A DNA stretch of 26,729 bases from Octopus sinensis. Taxonomy: Eukaryota. Below, piece by piece: positions 10,505-22,648 of this stretch. The stretch lies in contig NW_021834745.1 of NCBI RefSeq assembly GCF_006345805.1, positions 1-26,729 of the forward strand, written 5' to 3'. How positions within the stretch are numbered: the stretch's first letter is position 1; every line of letters starts with the position of its first letter. Under the pieces are notes generated by a model. The model was not told where the DNA came from. It saw only the letters and a program-made list of their open reading frames with translations, and searched no databases. The translations under genes were made by a program, and so were the position numbers.

Positions 10505-11562
10505 TACACACAACATATATACACACAGACACATATACATACATATTTATATATACATATACACACGTATGCACACACATATAAATATACGTACACATAT
10601 ATAGACCTGACGTTGTATGGTGATGCTGAAAACGAAGTGACTGAGTTGATTTACCTTGAGATTGCTTTCAGATGAGAATGTAATTTGCACTTCGGTCTCC
10701 CAATTCACCTTCGGCTTAAATGTTACACTTTATTTAAATCTGCTGTACTTTTGCCGAGACACTGTGTACAGGACACTACACAACAGAAATAATATAAAGA
10801 AACCAAATTATTACGAGAGAAAATCTTTCCACCACTTTTCATTAATGCGCTCACAAACGCTCTCCTGTGTTGCACAGTTAGTAATGTAGCTAGGCAACTT
10901 TAGAAACTCCTATAGTTTGTAAAGTTGCGACCAAACGAATGCAATTCATTGGATATTACCGAAACAATCAAACTAGACCATTTCAGACAGTATCTTCACA
11001 ACAGGGTTTCTGTTTCCCATTGCAATTTGCTCGAATCAATATGCTGCAATGGTCAGAGGAAACAGACGTCAGATAGTCGATATATATATAACTAAATAAA
11101 GAACGTTATAGTGATTCTATTATTGATAAGAGACAAAGGAGAAGAGTGGTTAGTGTAGTAGTAACACTGGCAATTTATCATGTACTGGTTAGTCTTTATA
11201 ACCGGTAACAGCTTGTAGTTAAATATACAAAAATGATTTCTGCCTGACATAGGGAGCTTACTTAAATGTGTCATATGTTTATACCTTTCTGTGGCTGTCG
11301 AATTATATGGAACTAATCCCCTAAGACCACTCATTCAAAAGTTATCGATAACAGCTATGTAATCTCATGTTAGACCTTTGCTCGTAAGACATATTTATAG
11401 TCTTAATTGCTAGCAGATCTCATGAACATCGCATGTTTTAAGCGCTGTTTTGAATAAGAATTTCGACATTTTGTTCGTGTGCAGTTCGATTGTGCCACCG
11501 GCAGAGGAAGAGACACCGTTGGCGGGAATTGTGCCGCCAACGGTAGAATTGACTACCTCGAC

Positions 11563-11983
11563 GGATCTTTTCGGCAGATTTTAACATAATTTCTAGGTAA
11601 CTAAAAAATTTTAAACTTCATATACTGGTAGAATATGTTTATAAAACATCTTTTTCTCTTGGCTTTATTGAGAAAAGTCTATAGTTTGTAAGATATTTGT
11701 TGCTTTTTCTTCAATTTCTGCAATTTCAACCAAACAGTGACGTCTATTGATTTAAAAAGCATTCTGTGCCGTATGAATATGTCCCTCGTTTAATAAACAA
11801 ATTGGGTTTATTTACATTTGTGAAGAAAAAAATATACCTTTCCCCCACCCCTAATTCTAACCCTAACTAACCCTAACCCTAAAACAGATTGAAATGCAAT
11901 AGATCGATTCTATGGTCATAATTATGGGTGACAATTTCATATGACGCCGCTAGAAAAAACTGCCGTTCAAACCGAATAGATCC
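11563..11983. mobile_element. Non-autonomous DNA transposon (MITE) with 12-bp TIR and 8-bp TSD, Merlin-like termini
   Basis: TIRs GGATCTTTTCGG (11563-11574) and CCGAATAGATCC (11972-11983), one mismatch. TSD acctcgac at 11555-11562 and 11984-11991. Contains degenerate (CCCTAA)n at 11849-11882. Confidence 0.85.
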
Positions 11984-12668
11984 ACCTCGACCCCGGAGGA
12001 AGACAAATTATTGATCTTCTTCTACAGAGATGGAGAAGTAGAAAATGTGGTGGAAAAAACTATAAGGGAATACCTTTAAGTTTCACACGGGAACCCGAAT
12101 GGCCTCCGCAGATAGCTGTGGAGGCCATAACGTTGCCCGTGATACGTAGGCTGAAGGGACTCAAAGAGGAATATCGCTTGTGGCCGGGCGACACCGACTC
12201 GGAGCCCGCCTTGGTTTTAAACGAGGCGTGGGTAATGGCGGAGTATACGGGCACAAGCGATGTTGGGAAGGAAAATTGACAAGAGGTTGAAAAGCCTCAG
12301 TGTTATAATGTTTAAGTGTATAAGAGGCTCAGCGTCTCAATTTGCAAATGATCTATTAAGTCCAATAATTGTAAAAACGGAAGTAAGTGGTTCAGTACTT
12401 CGGTTTGTTTTTTGTATTAAAAATAATAGTGTTTCAATTTGTAAAAAGACTATGAAGTCCAATAATTGTAAAAAACGGAAGAGGTTCAATACCTCGGTTT
12501 GTTTTTTGTGTAAAATTAATGTTATATAGAAGCAAAAAGTCGACGGGTGTTTTTTGTCTTCTCCCATTAATATCATTTTATTTCATCATTCATCTCATCA
12601 ATGTTTCTGTCCAGCCCGCAAGCTACTCTGTATCATGATTTATGGCAAACTTTTTTGAAATAAAGTAT

Positions 12669-12802
12669 CTTGCTTACCAATCACATGGTTCCTGGTTCAG
12701 TCTTGCTACGTGCCACCTAAGGTAAGTGTCCTCTACTTTGGCCTTGGGCCGCCCAAAGTCTTGTGAGTGAATTTGGTAGACGAAAACTGAAAGAAGCCCG
12801 TC

Positions 12803-12834
<32 letters not shown>

Positions 12835-13048
12835 GTGTGTGTGTGTGTGTGTTTTGTCCCCACACGATCGCTTGATAACTGATGTTGGTGCGTTTACTTT
12901 CCCATAACTTAGCGGTTCGGCAAAAGAGTACCGATAAAAATGCACTAGGCTAACACGGAATAAGTCTTGGGGTCGATTCGTTAAACTAAAGGTGGTACTC
13001 CAGCATGGTCACAGTCAAATGACTGAAACAAATAAAGGAATAAAAGGA
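12669..13048 (+). mobile_element. SINE family B, slightly 5'-truncated
   Basis: Head, core, (TA)n(TG)n spacer and 3' body, ending gactgaaacaaataaaggaataaaagg. Confidence 0.88.
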
Positions 13049-13087
13049 TATATATATATATTTGTGTGTGTGTGTATGTATATATAT

Positions 13088-13145
<58 letters not shown>

Positions 13146-13985
13146 CGAAGCGACTGGTCAAGACAGGAAACAAACAAGAGGGAGTTATAATGCAGCGATT
13201 GGTCAAAACATTGATGACGTCACGCTACGCTAGATTGACCACCTAACAGGCATTATAAAACCGAGCATTTCACAAAAACTCACTAGAACCACCCAGCGAA
13301 CTTCCACCATGGGTCATCACAATTGCTTAAGGTAAAAATGAATTCCTTGCTCTTTCGGAAACATCAATCTTCTGTATTGACCGCTTTCCACCACTTTGAT
13401 CTGTTTTTTGTATTGAATACGTATCGCCACCGTGGGCCACTGCAACGAACACTTTGAACATATACTTCAAACTATATATCAACTATACATGAACTATATA
13501 TCAACTATACATGAACTCTAAGATGTCTGACTCCGTTGTGTATTATAAATGAATTTCTTGTGTTTGACGGCATGAGCTGTCTCTTTTTATATATAACTTT
13601 TTTTGATAAGGTTCATTTCAGGAACTGAAACATGTTATAATGTATATATAAAAATTAAAAATTGTATAATACAGCAGCATTTTCGAACTTTATTTTTTAC
13701 AAATATATATATATATATATTATATATATATATATATATATATTGGATAACTCTTTATTAGCGCTTTCATCTCATTGTGAGTCTCCATGAATAAGATGAA
13801 AGAATTAATAAAGAATTATCAAAATCCTGACTACTTCCTTTTTCTTAATATATAGAATCCGTCCATCACGTCAAACAATTTAAACATACATACGTATATA
13901 TATATAGACACACACACACACGCACTCACACAAACACACACACACATACACACACACACAACAAACACAAAGACACATATGTATA

Positions 13986-15148
13986 CAGAATGCGATGGGT
14001 AAATTGTCGCCATTTTATATTTTTAATTTCGAGCATGAGCACTGTTTGTTTTTGATTTTGTCGACCACACAGTATAGTAGGCCTAGTTGGGCACCGTCTG
14101 TCAGAAATCTGGTAACGATATGCTTTACCGCTTGGCATACGGACTGGAAGTGATAGAAATCGCACCGGAAGTGATAAAAATCGCACCGAGTGTGATAATA
14201 ATCAAACATCCAGTCAACACCATGGTCTTTGGAGTGATCACTTGTGATGGAGGCGTTGTGCCTCCAATCATCTTCTCACACGGTCTCACACTCAATAAGG
14301 AGCCTACATCAAATGCTTTGAGGAGGTAGTGCTGCACCAGGCCACACAAGTAAGAGAACCCAGTCATGGCTGTCAGACAATTTCTGCGACTACATCACCC
14401 ATAACATCTGGCAACCTAACTCCCCAGATGCACCACCCTTGATGTATGGGGTTAGTTGAGCCTGAGACCAACAAAAGTCCTTGTAGCACCAAAGATGAAC
14501 TGAAGGCGAGGAGTACGCAGCATTCACCGTCCAGAAGAGTTGCAGGAAATTCCGAAGTCATATGGAGGCCGTGGTTAAAGCAATGACGATTTAATTGAGT
14601 AAATTTACTCTTTCGTATGTCAAGATATTTTTATGAAATTTTGGTAAATATATAGGCGCAGGAGTGGCTGTGTGGTATGAAGCTTGTTTACCAACCACAT
14701 GGTTCCGGGTTCAGTCCCACTGCGTGGCACTTTGGGCAAGTGTCTTCTACTATAGCCTCGGGCCGACCAAAGCCTTGTGAGTGGATTTGGTAGACGGAAA
14801 CTGAAAGAAGCCCGTCGTATATATGTATATATATATATATACGTGTGTGTGTTTGTGTGAGTGTGTTTGTCCCCCTAGCATTGCTTGACAACCGATGGTG
14901 GTCTGTTTATGTCCCCGTTACTTAGCGGTTCGGCAAAAGAGACCGATAGAATAAGTACTGGGCTTACAAAAAAGAATAAGTCCCAGGGTCGAGTTGCTCG
15001 ACTAAAGGCGGTGCTCCAGCATGGCCGCAGTCAAATGACTGAAACAAGTAAAAGAGTAAAAGAGTAAAGAGTATATCTGTTAAAATGAGGCGTCAGTCTT
15101 ATTTCCATTTTCGCATGATTTAGACGACAGTTTATTCACCACCGACTG
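13986..15148 (+). mobile_element. Internally deleted Tc1/mariner element of DD37D/maT type, interrupted by a SINE
   Basis: Imperfect TIRs ta|cagaatgcgatgggtaaattgtcgcc and gacgacagtttattcaccaccgactg|ta with TA flanks. Transposase remnants read KHPVNTMVFGVITCDGGVVPPIIFSHGLTLN, then across frameshifts NIWQPNSPDAPPL and STKDELKAR. Assignment to the maT subgroup is inferred. Confidence 0.8.
14655..15073 (+). mobile_element. Full-length SINE family B nested in the DNA transposon
   Basis: A-box-like TGGCTGTGTGG, B-box GGTTCAGTCC, CORE-like ttgggcaagtgtctt, central (TA)n(TG)n and an (aaagagt)n tail. Confidence 0.92.
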
Positions 15149-15161
15149 TATATGTATATAT

Positions 15162-15427
15162 TCTTTTATTCATTTATGCGTTTCAGTCATTTGACTGCGG
15201 TCATGCTGGAGTAGCACGTTTACTCGAACAAATCGATCCCTGGACATATTCTTTGTAAGCCTAGTCCTTATTCTATCAGTCTCTTTTGACGAATTGCAAA
15301 GTTTCGGAGACTTTAAAACACCAACATCGGTTGTCAAGTGAAGGAGGGGGGGCAAACACAGACACACAAATATATACATATGTACACACACGCGCACACA
15401 CACAGAGGTACCCATACACACACATAT

Positions 15428-15497
<70 letters not shown>

Positions 15498-15660
15498 CAA
15501 CAGGTTTCTTCCCGTTTCCGTCTGTCAAACCCACTCGCAATGGTTTGGTCGTCCCGAGGCTATAGTAGAAAACACTTGCTCGAGGTGCCACTCAATGAGA
15601 CTGAACCTGCAGCTATGTCGTTGGGAAGCAAGCTTCTTACGGCAGAGCCACGCCTGCACC
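15162..15660 (-). mobile_element. SINE family B, diverged, with expanded internal microsatellite
   Basis: Both halves match the reverse complement of family B; internal (CA)/(TA) tract of about 130 nt. Confidence 0.85.
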
Positions 15661-15661
15661 A

Positions 15662-15708
<47 letters not shown>

Positions 15709-17714
15709 ATCTACATAATCGTGTGTATTGAATGCACATATAAAGTATGTTTTTTGCTGGTTTATACTGGGCATATGCCATACACATTTAATTTATTCCG
15801 GGCAGAAGGTTCTTGACATTCTGTGATAACGTTGGGAGATTAAATTATAAGCCACTTTGCACTTTCATCTCACAAAATTTCTATGGTAAAATAGAAATAT
15901 AGTTAAACATAACCGGTTTAATCCATCAAGCAACGTTCGTATTACCAGAAACATTGATATATCATATCACCAACAGACCTCGTCTTCTGCCGATACACAA
16001 TTACTCTCTAAGTTCTTCAACGTGCAGTTATTCATGTTTGGATTAACTGGAGGTTATTCATGTATTGAAAAAAAATTGCTTTGCTAGATCAAACATTACA
16101 AACGGGAACAACCCACTCACACAAACAGATATAGAAAGTCACACTTCCAGCAATCAATCTCTAACTATCGAAATTCGTTCATATATCCGCTCCAGGGATA
16201 TACGCTTCGTTAAATATTCGTACACCACACAATCGTAATAATTCAGCGTGTCATTGAAAAAAGTTATATGGTTATAAAAGTGAACACTTTTAAGAATCGT
16301 TTCTTCAACGTCTCCCCTGATATTGGTTAAAGGACAGGAAAATACATGTCCCTGTCATAATTCGTCTGGAAATTCGAAGACTCACGGCTGGTATCTCTTC
16401 CATTAACATGAAATCGTTATAGATTCAATCCATTCTTTAACGAGGCACCGGACTGTATCCGTTGCTTAACTGAAAAGATTCATATTCTAAATCATCAAGT
16501 GGCCTAGCTTATTAGGAGATTAGATTAATTAATGACTACTGAAGGTTCTCTGTCTCTAAATTCTCAAATGTCTTAATTCGTGCAAATAGTTTTCAAATAA
16601 CTGCCTCTAAAAATCGGGAGTTCATTGCTCTTTGAGACAACAATTATGAATAATAACTTTAAAGGCAATTACAAATATGATCAAGTGACCAATGTTGACC
16701 AATCACAACAAACCTAGCTTGTACGTGTATGGGGTTAATCCCGTGATATCTGCAAAAATTAGTATTAAAACATTTCTACGAGTTTCTCTTTTCTTGAAGT
16801 GTGTATACATGTTTTGGCGGACTCTGTATGTATATAAATATATTGCAAACGATTGTTTTCAGATGAATGAAGGGTTTACTGACATTTAAGCTTTAGAATG
16901 CCGAATGCATTAACAGGAAAGGGAAAACAAAGACCAGTAACAAAAATCAAGAGAACTTTGATATTAATTTTACCATACAACCATGAAAGTTGCTTTCAAA
17001 ATGGCTTTCATTCTATCAAATATTTAATCAGTCTTCCCCTACAAAGAATTGCAAAAAAAAAAGATGAGCGACATAACCGTCTGGTTTCCTTCATGTCTCT
17101 AGCCTTTAAGATAGATTTCCCTTGACTTACTGTTTTTCTTCGTCTCTTTCTTTCAAACACCATAGATTTCTCTACGCTTTGCGTCTTTCTTCTTATTGCC
17201 ATCTTAATCACACTATTGTTATCTTCGTCTCAGCCTTTTCTCTATACCGCCCCTCTATCTCACGCACACATAATACTGTCGCTGTATGGTTCGTCGACCT
17301 TTTGTTTCTCTTTCTTTACTCTCCGTCAACATAGCATTTCTGTGTCTTTTTAGCTTCCATTTTCTTCCATACTTCTCTCTTTAGCAAACTCCAGCCGCAG
17401 GCAAGCGGTAAATATTGTGATTGAAGTAATGAGCGTCGCGTTTGAAGTATTGTTAAATAATGAAATTATTAATAATAAGAAAGCCAAAACAGTGCATTTC
17501 ACAATTTCTATAAATTGGTATAGTTAAATAAAGTATACAGATATTACGACATTACAATACTGTATTTACAGCAATGAAGAAGAAAACTGGACGCAAAGAT
17601 AACAAAGCAACGATAATTTGATGTTAATTCTGCTTCTACAACTCATCCATGAAAGTTTCCCTTTAATTGACTCAGTAATAATACATATAATTGTGAAACG
17701 TTTGCATTATCAAT

Positions 17715-17747
<33 letters not shown>

Positions 17748-17957
17748 CCTCTCTCTCTTTATATATATTTCTGTGTGTGCTTATGGTGCTGCCTATGTGT
17801 GTCTGTGAGTGTGTGCGTGTGTACAAAAGCATGAACAGATATGCGTATAGGTATGTATACGCATATATGCATATATAAATGTATATATATATATGTATAT
17901 GTATATGTATGTATATATGAATACATATAAATAATATATAGATATATAATATATATA

Positions 17958-17990
<33 letters not shown>

Positions 17991-18130
17991 CACAATAATA
18001 TTTTTATATAGAGAGAGACAGAGGGAGACAGATAGACAGATACATTTATAAAGATTTATCTATATTTGGTTATATATCTTTATGCATTTGTATATATGTG
18101 CATATGTATATATAATATATGTACTGTGTG

Positions 18131-18175
<45 letters not shown>

Positions 18176-18590
18176 TGTGTAAGTCAATGCAATTGTGCCC
18201 GTGATGAAGTTAACCTCTGGCAGGAAGGTTTACACAAATTGAACCGTTATATACGAAACAACGGAAATGTCAAACACAGTGTCTCCCCAAGCGATGTATA
18301 AACACTCTAACAGCTAATAACTTATTTAATTTTCATTTCACTTTAAATCTAATGAATTGAATTTAATGCATAAGAAATAATGTAAGGAATCAGACTAACC
18401 TTTGGTAAAAGGAAATTTAACCTAAATTGCTACTGGATGTTCGAAAACGCAGTTAAAGTGCAGAGATATTTTTGGAAGGTGTTTCGAACAGATCCCCCAA
18501 CACGACTTATCATCACCGGAATTAGAGAGAATCCCTTCTCATGTCACAATATAATGTCCAAATAAAAACTAGATAAAACACATAAATATA

Positions 18591-18826
18591 TATTTCTCTA
18601 CTACCCACAAGGAGCTAAACACAGAGGGGACAAACAAGGACAGACAAACGGATTAAGTCGATTACATCGACCCCAGAGCGTAACTGGTACTTAATTTATC
18701 GACCCCGAAAGGATGAAAGGCAAAGTCGACCTCGGCGGAATTTGAACTCAGAACGTAACGGCAGACGAAATACGGCTACGCATTTCTCCCGGTGTGTTAA
18801 CGTCTCTGCCAGCTCGCTGCCTTCTG
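18591..18826 (-). mobile_element. SINE family A with 15-bp TSD
   Basis: Reverse complement of 4332-4566; TSD aaacacataaatata at 18576-18590 and 18827-18841. Confidence 0.92.
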
Positions 18827-19504
18827 AAACACATAAATATAATTAACTCGTGGATACTAACATGAAACTGGTGACAAAACTTTTGACTACAGAATTAACA
18901 TGTGATAGCTAAGGCAGGGGCCTAATAGTCAGATAAAACGTCGGCAGAAAAGTCATAAGAAAGAACGTAGACGCCAAACATTTAAACTCCTGAAAATCTG
19001 CCGGTGAAAGTCTGGAAACGCCGAAAATAGATTCATGAACTTTATTGGAATATGGATTTAGGACCTAACCGCAAGAAGCAAATATGTAAATTTGAAAAAA
19101 AATCTGTAATAAAAAAGTTCAAATTAGGAAATAGTCGAACACAAAACTGTATGGTTGCAAAGAGAACTTCTTGAGATATTTGGTCATGCTGCCCCTAGAT
19201 AATAAATTTATGTATGGGCTTCGGTATATGTAAGAAAAAAGTTAATGCTGCTTCTCCCAATTAACCTTAAAGAGAAGACAATTCCAGTTTCATTGTCCAA
19301 TTTCCAAGCAATTTTAATTTGATGACAATATTGAATATATTGGCTGTATTTCGGTTATCATATTTTCAACAAACTGGATGCGAAATTCTGACTTCTAATT
19401 GGAATGACAATCTCATTTCATGGAGGATTTTCCTTTAACTATATTACATCAACCGTTAAAAACGAATCATATATATGTATATGCATACATATAGAAAAAA
19501 TCAT

Positions 19505-19690
19505 AGCGCGCGTGCGCACGTTGATATGGTTAAGAGTTTCGTTTCGCAGTTCTCAACCACAAGGTTTCGATTTCAGTTGTGCTGTACGAGATATTTTGCA
19601 TGTGGTTCTGCTATAGCCCCGTGCCAACCAATAACGTTGGTGAATTTGGTCGACGGAAAACGCGCAGAAGCTAGTCGTCTATATGTGTGC
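19505..19690 (+). mobile_element. Old, highly diverged SINE B-like head and core
   Basis: ggttaagagttt...caaccacaaggtttcgatttcag...gctatagccccgtgccaacc...gtgaatttggtcgacggaaaa...gaagctagtcgtctatatg parallels family B. Confidence 0.65.
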
Positions 19691-19801
19691 TTTATGCGTG
19701 TGTGTGTGTGTGTGGAGTGAGAGAGAGAGAGAGAGAGAGAAACAGACACACAAATATAAATAACGCAATATGAAAATAAAAGTATAAGGTAACATTATAT
19801 A

Positions 19802-20176
19802 GGTGCGGGAGTGGCTGTGTGGTAAGTAACTTTCTTACCAACCACTTGGTTCAGGGTTCGGTCCCACTGCGTGATTTGGGCAAGTGTCTTCTACTATAGC
19901 CTCGGGCCGACCAAAGCCTTGTGAGTGGATTTGGTAGAAATTGAAAGAAGCCCATCGTATATATGTATATGTTTGTGCGTTCGTGTTTTCCCCAACATCG
20001 CCTGACAACCAATGCTGGTGTGCTTACGTCTCCGTAACTTAGCGGTTCCGCAAAACAGACCGATAGAATAAGTACTAGGCTGACAAAGAATAAGTCCTGG
20101 GGTCGATTTGCTCGACTAAAGGTGGTGCTCCAGCATGGCCTCACTCAAATGACTGAAACAAATAAAAAAAAGAATA
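19802..20176 (+). mobile_element. SINE family B, full length
   Basis: High similarity to 14655-15073. Confidence 0.92.
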
Positions 20177-20549
20177 ACAGTAATTACGTAATGTAATTCA
20201 TTAGCTTACAGGTGTATCTACTGTAAGGAGTATTGTACTAAGACCTGTGTGCTTGTGCAGGTCCTTGAAAATGATGCGTATGATTAATTCGGAAAGCGTT
20301 TCAATATATGGAAAAGTTCGCTACCGATAAATACAAATGCCTAAGATGTGTACAAAGTTTCACTTCCAGAAATATGCAGATTTAGATAATGGTATGTACA
20401 TAGACAGTCGCATAATGAGGCCATATGTAAATAACTATTCATTCGTATACAGAAATAGGCAGAGAGTTTATATGCTAATCCACACTTAAGCAAGTACATG
20501 CAGTGTGCAACATTTCGGAGACTTTGAGATTAATACATAACACAAAGCT

Positions 20550-21144
20550 TTAACCTCCTTCAAAGTATGGTCCTCTGACTTCACTGCATCTATTGTTGCG
20601 TTCTAGCCATTTTATGAAGGATCCATGAATATCCGCGAAAGTGAAGATTTCCACGATCCCTAGCATAGCTTCCTTCTTCTCAATGTCAGGTCTGCCACCG
20701 AGTTTCTCTTTCAGCTTGGAGACTGTAAAGAGGGTGAGGTACAGATCTGATGCCCATCTCCGTCAAGTAGTTGGTTACCAGGACAGAATTGTAGACCGCT
20801 GCATTGTCCTAGTGCAGGCGCTCTGGCCTTTCGTCATGAAATCACTTCCTGAACTCCCTTAAAAAACCTCCATAAAGTACTCTTTGTTGAATGCCTGTTC
20901 AGAGGAAGGCAAGTAGATGTAGGTAGTAACTTTGTAGTCGAAGAAGGGTATCACCACGAACTTCCCGGTAAAATTTGCTTTGCCTGACCTTTTATGCCAG
21001 CGAAATACAAATGCTCAGCTCAAACAAGTTAATCCATAATCAATCTGGAGCATTTCAAATGTTTCTGTAGCGTTTTTGTCTAGTTTAACGCAAGACCTTT
21101 ATGGTATAATGAGATTCGAAATTGTCTTCGCGTCTTGACTGCAT
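20550..21144 (-). pseudogene. Decayed, internally deleted mariner transposase
   Basis: Minus strand reads MQSRRED...VKLDKNATETFEMLQIDYGLTCLS*AFVFRWHKR (N-terminal HTH). It then joins to KFVVIPFFDY...NKEYFMEV...RLH*DNAAVYNSVLVTNYLTEMGIRSVPHPLYS...KLKEKL...WLERNNRCSEVRGPYFEGG*, covering the HQDNA-like and PHPPYS-like motifs. Confidence 0.85.
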
Positions 21145-21436
21145 TCTGATAGAAAACGGTCAACAGGGACAAGCTGTGTTGAGTAAGGTGTGTTCGAAGT
21201 GTTGTTAGAACCGTCTCCTTCAATTTGGAATGACAGACTTTGGCAGATCAGCCTATTAGACGTATAGTAAGTAAAATAAGCTGCCCCTTCATAAAAACCC
21301 TCAAAACATCTAGAATGCACATCACACGGGTGAAAATTAGAGTCCAGATAGAATAAAACCTATGGAGGCAGATTAAAAAAGAATAAATCTTACGTCTGGA
21401 GAAAAATATATATTGCGGTATCCGCTAGAGGGAAGC

Positions 21437-21575
21437 ACTTTGCCTTTCATCCTTTCGGGTTTGATAAATTATGTACCAGTTACGCACTGGGGTCGATATA
21501 ATCGACTTAATCCGTTTGTTTTTCCTTGTTTGTCCTCTCTGTGTTTAGCCCCTTGTGGGTAGTAAAGAAATAGAT
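21437..21575 (+). mobile_element. 5'-truncated SINE family A
   Basis: actttgcctttcatcctttcggg...gtgggtagtaaagaaatag matches the family A body and tail. Confidence 0.88.
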
Positions 21576-21949
21576 ATTCCATTTGATGTCGAAACTGGTA
21601 CCTTTATCGATAAGGTTCCGGATTAGATTCGAAACGGTTGTTGGATATCTCACATCTACCCAAAATTCGAATGATTATTGTTATATCTGGACATAAAGTT
21701 TCCTTCCACGACTTCAATATAACGTTTGATTTCTGTATGACCATTGTCGTAGTTTGCTGAAATCTGTTCTTCATAAATATCAATAGATATATCGCACTCC
21801 TGTCCTAAAGGACGTTAGGCTTTGTCACTTCGTGTGCCCCGGGGCAGGTTTCAGATACGTTTATTCGTTGCCTTAATGTTAAGTCACATATCAATAAGCA
21901 ACGGAGGGCTCAAGCCTGCCCAGGTGCACATGAAGAGACAAAGGCTAAA

Positions 21950-22307
21950 ATCCTCAAGGACAAAACACAACCATCCAGATATTGTTCCTTGGGACCACAA
22001 TAAAAGATATCTTCTGTTATGGAAATCAGCTGCCCTCCGGGCACCAATATGGTTATTAAAATACATGAGAAATAGGACACCTATGGAACATTAATAAGGA
22101 GTTTGCAAATCCAGTATTCAAGACACTTTCAGTTTCATTCGTACAACTACATGATCAATGGGATACGTATCAACCTGTCTGAAGCAAAATATGTCTGAAC
22201 TTATGTTCATGGGAAGAGAGCGCAAATCCTTAATTCATACAATGCAAATGATCGCAATATCTGGGACGATATAACTCTGCATGACCTCCTTAAGGTTTAA
22301 CGGATAA
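21950..22307 (+). pseudogene. 3' relic of a restriction-like-endonuclease (RLE) non-LTR retrotransposon (R4/Dong/HERO-like)
   Basis: Across frameshifts it reads KHNHPDIVPWDHNKR..EISCPPGTNMVIKIHEK*DTYGTLIRSLQIQY..FSFI..GYVSTCLKQNMSEL...SLIHTMQMIAISGTI*LCMTSLRFNG*. This fits the PD..D..E..P..EK..Y pattern of RLE C-termini. Confidence 0.7.
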
Positions 22308-22648
22308 AGAGAAAAAAAAACAAGAAGCTTTCTTTTCACAACATTGCTACCAAGTGGGTGGCCAGTCAAACATAATTCTAAATTTAAAACTGAGAATACA
22401 TACATGCAACAGACATATGTGTATTCATGTATGAAAGTCGTAAATTGGTGATTCGGCGAAAGTGTGTCCGAAATAATAAATATTGAACTCAAACTAAGTG
22501 GTGATCGACCTTACCGACTACGGACTCCTTAAAGCAGAGGCCCTAGGATAATTGCAATCCAAGGACGATACCAAGGACGGAATATAAGAATAATATAAAT
22601 ATGTGCTAATGTGAGTGGGTGTCTGGGTAATACATACATGCATACATA

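Noticed and set aside
10164-10596. N-terminal half of the 408-aa ORF (9370-10596)
   Set aside because: It is read-through from the flanking satellite into the truncated LINE; homology starts only at 10163.
12358-12520. Direct repeat of about 65 bp with a 97-bp period (and a 22-bp doublet at 13470-13513)
   Set aside because: Only two diverged copies with no spacer array; an ordinary local tandem duplication, not CRISPR-like.
17385-17407. Plus-strand 23-nt exon-like segment after a long pyrimidine tract
   Set aside because: Its length is not a multiple of 3, it lies in a broadly CT-rich region where AG/GT pairs arise by chance, and no partner plus-strand exons were found.
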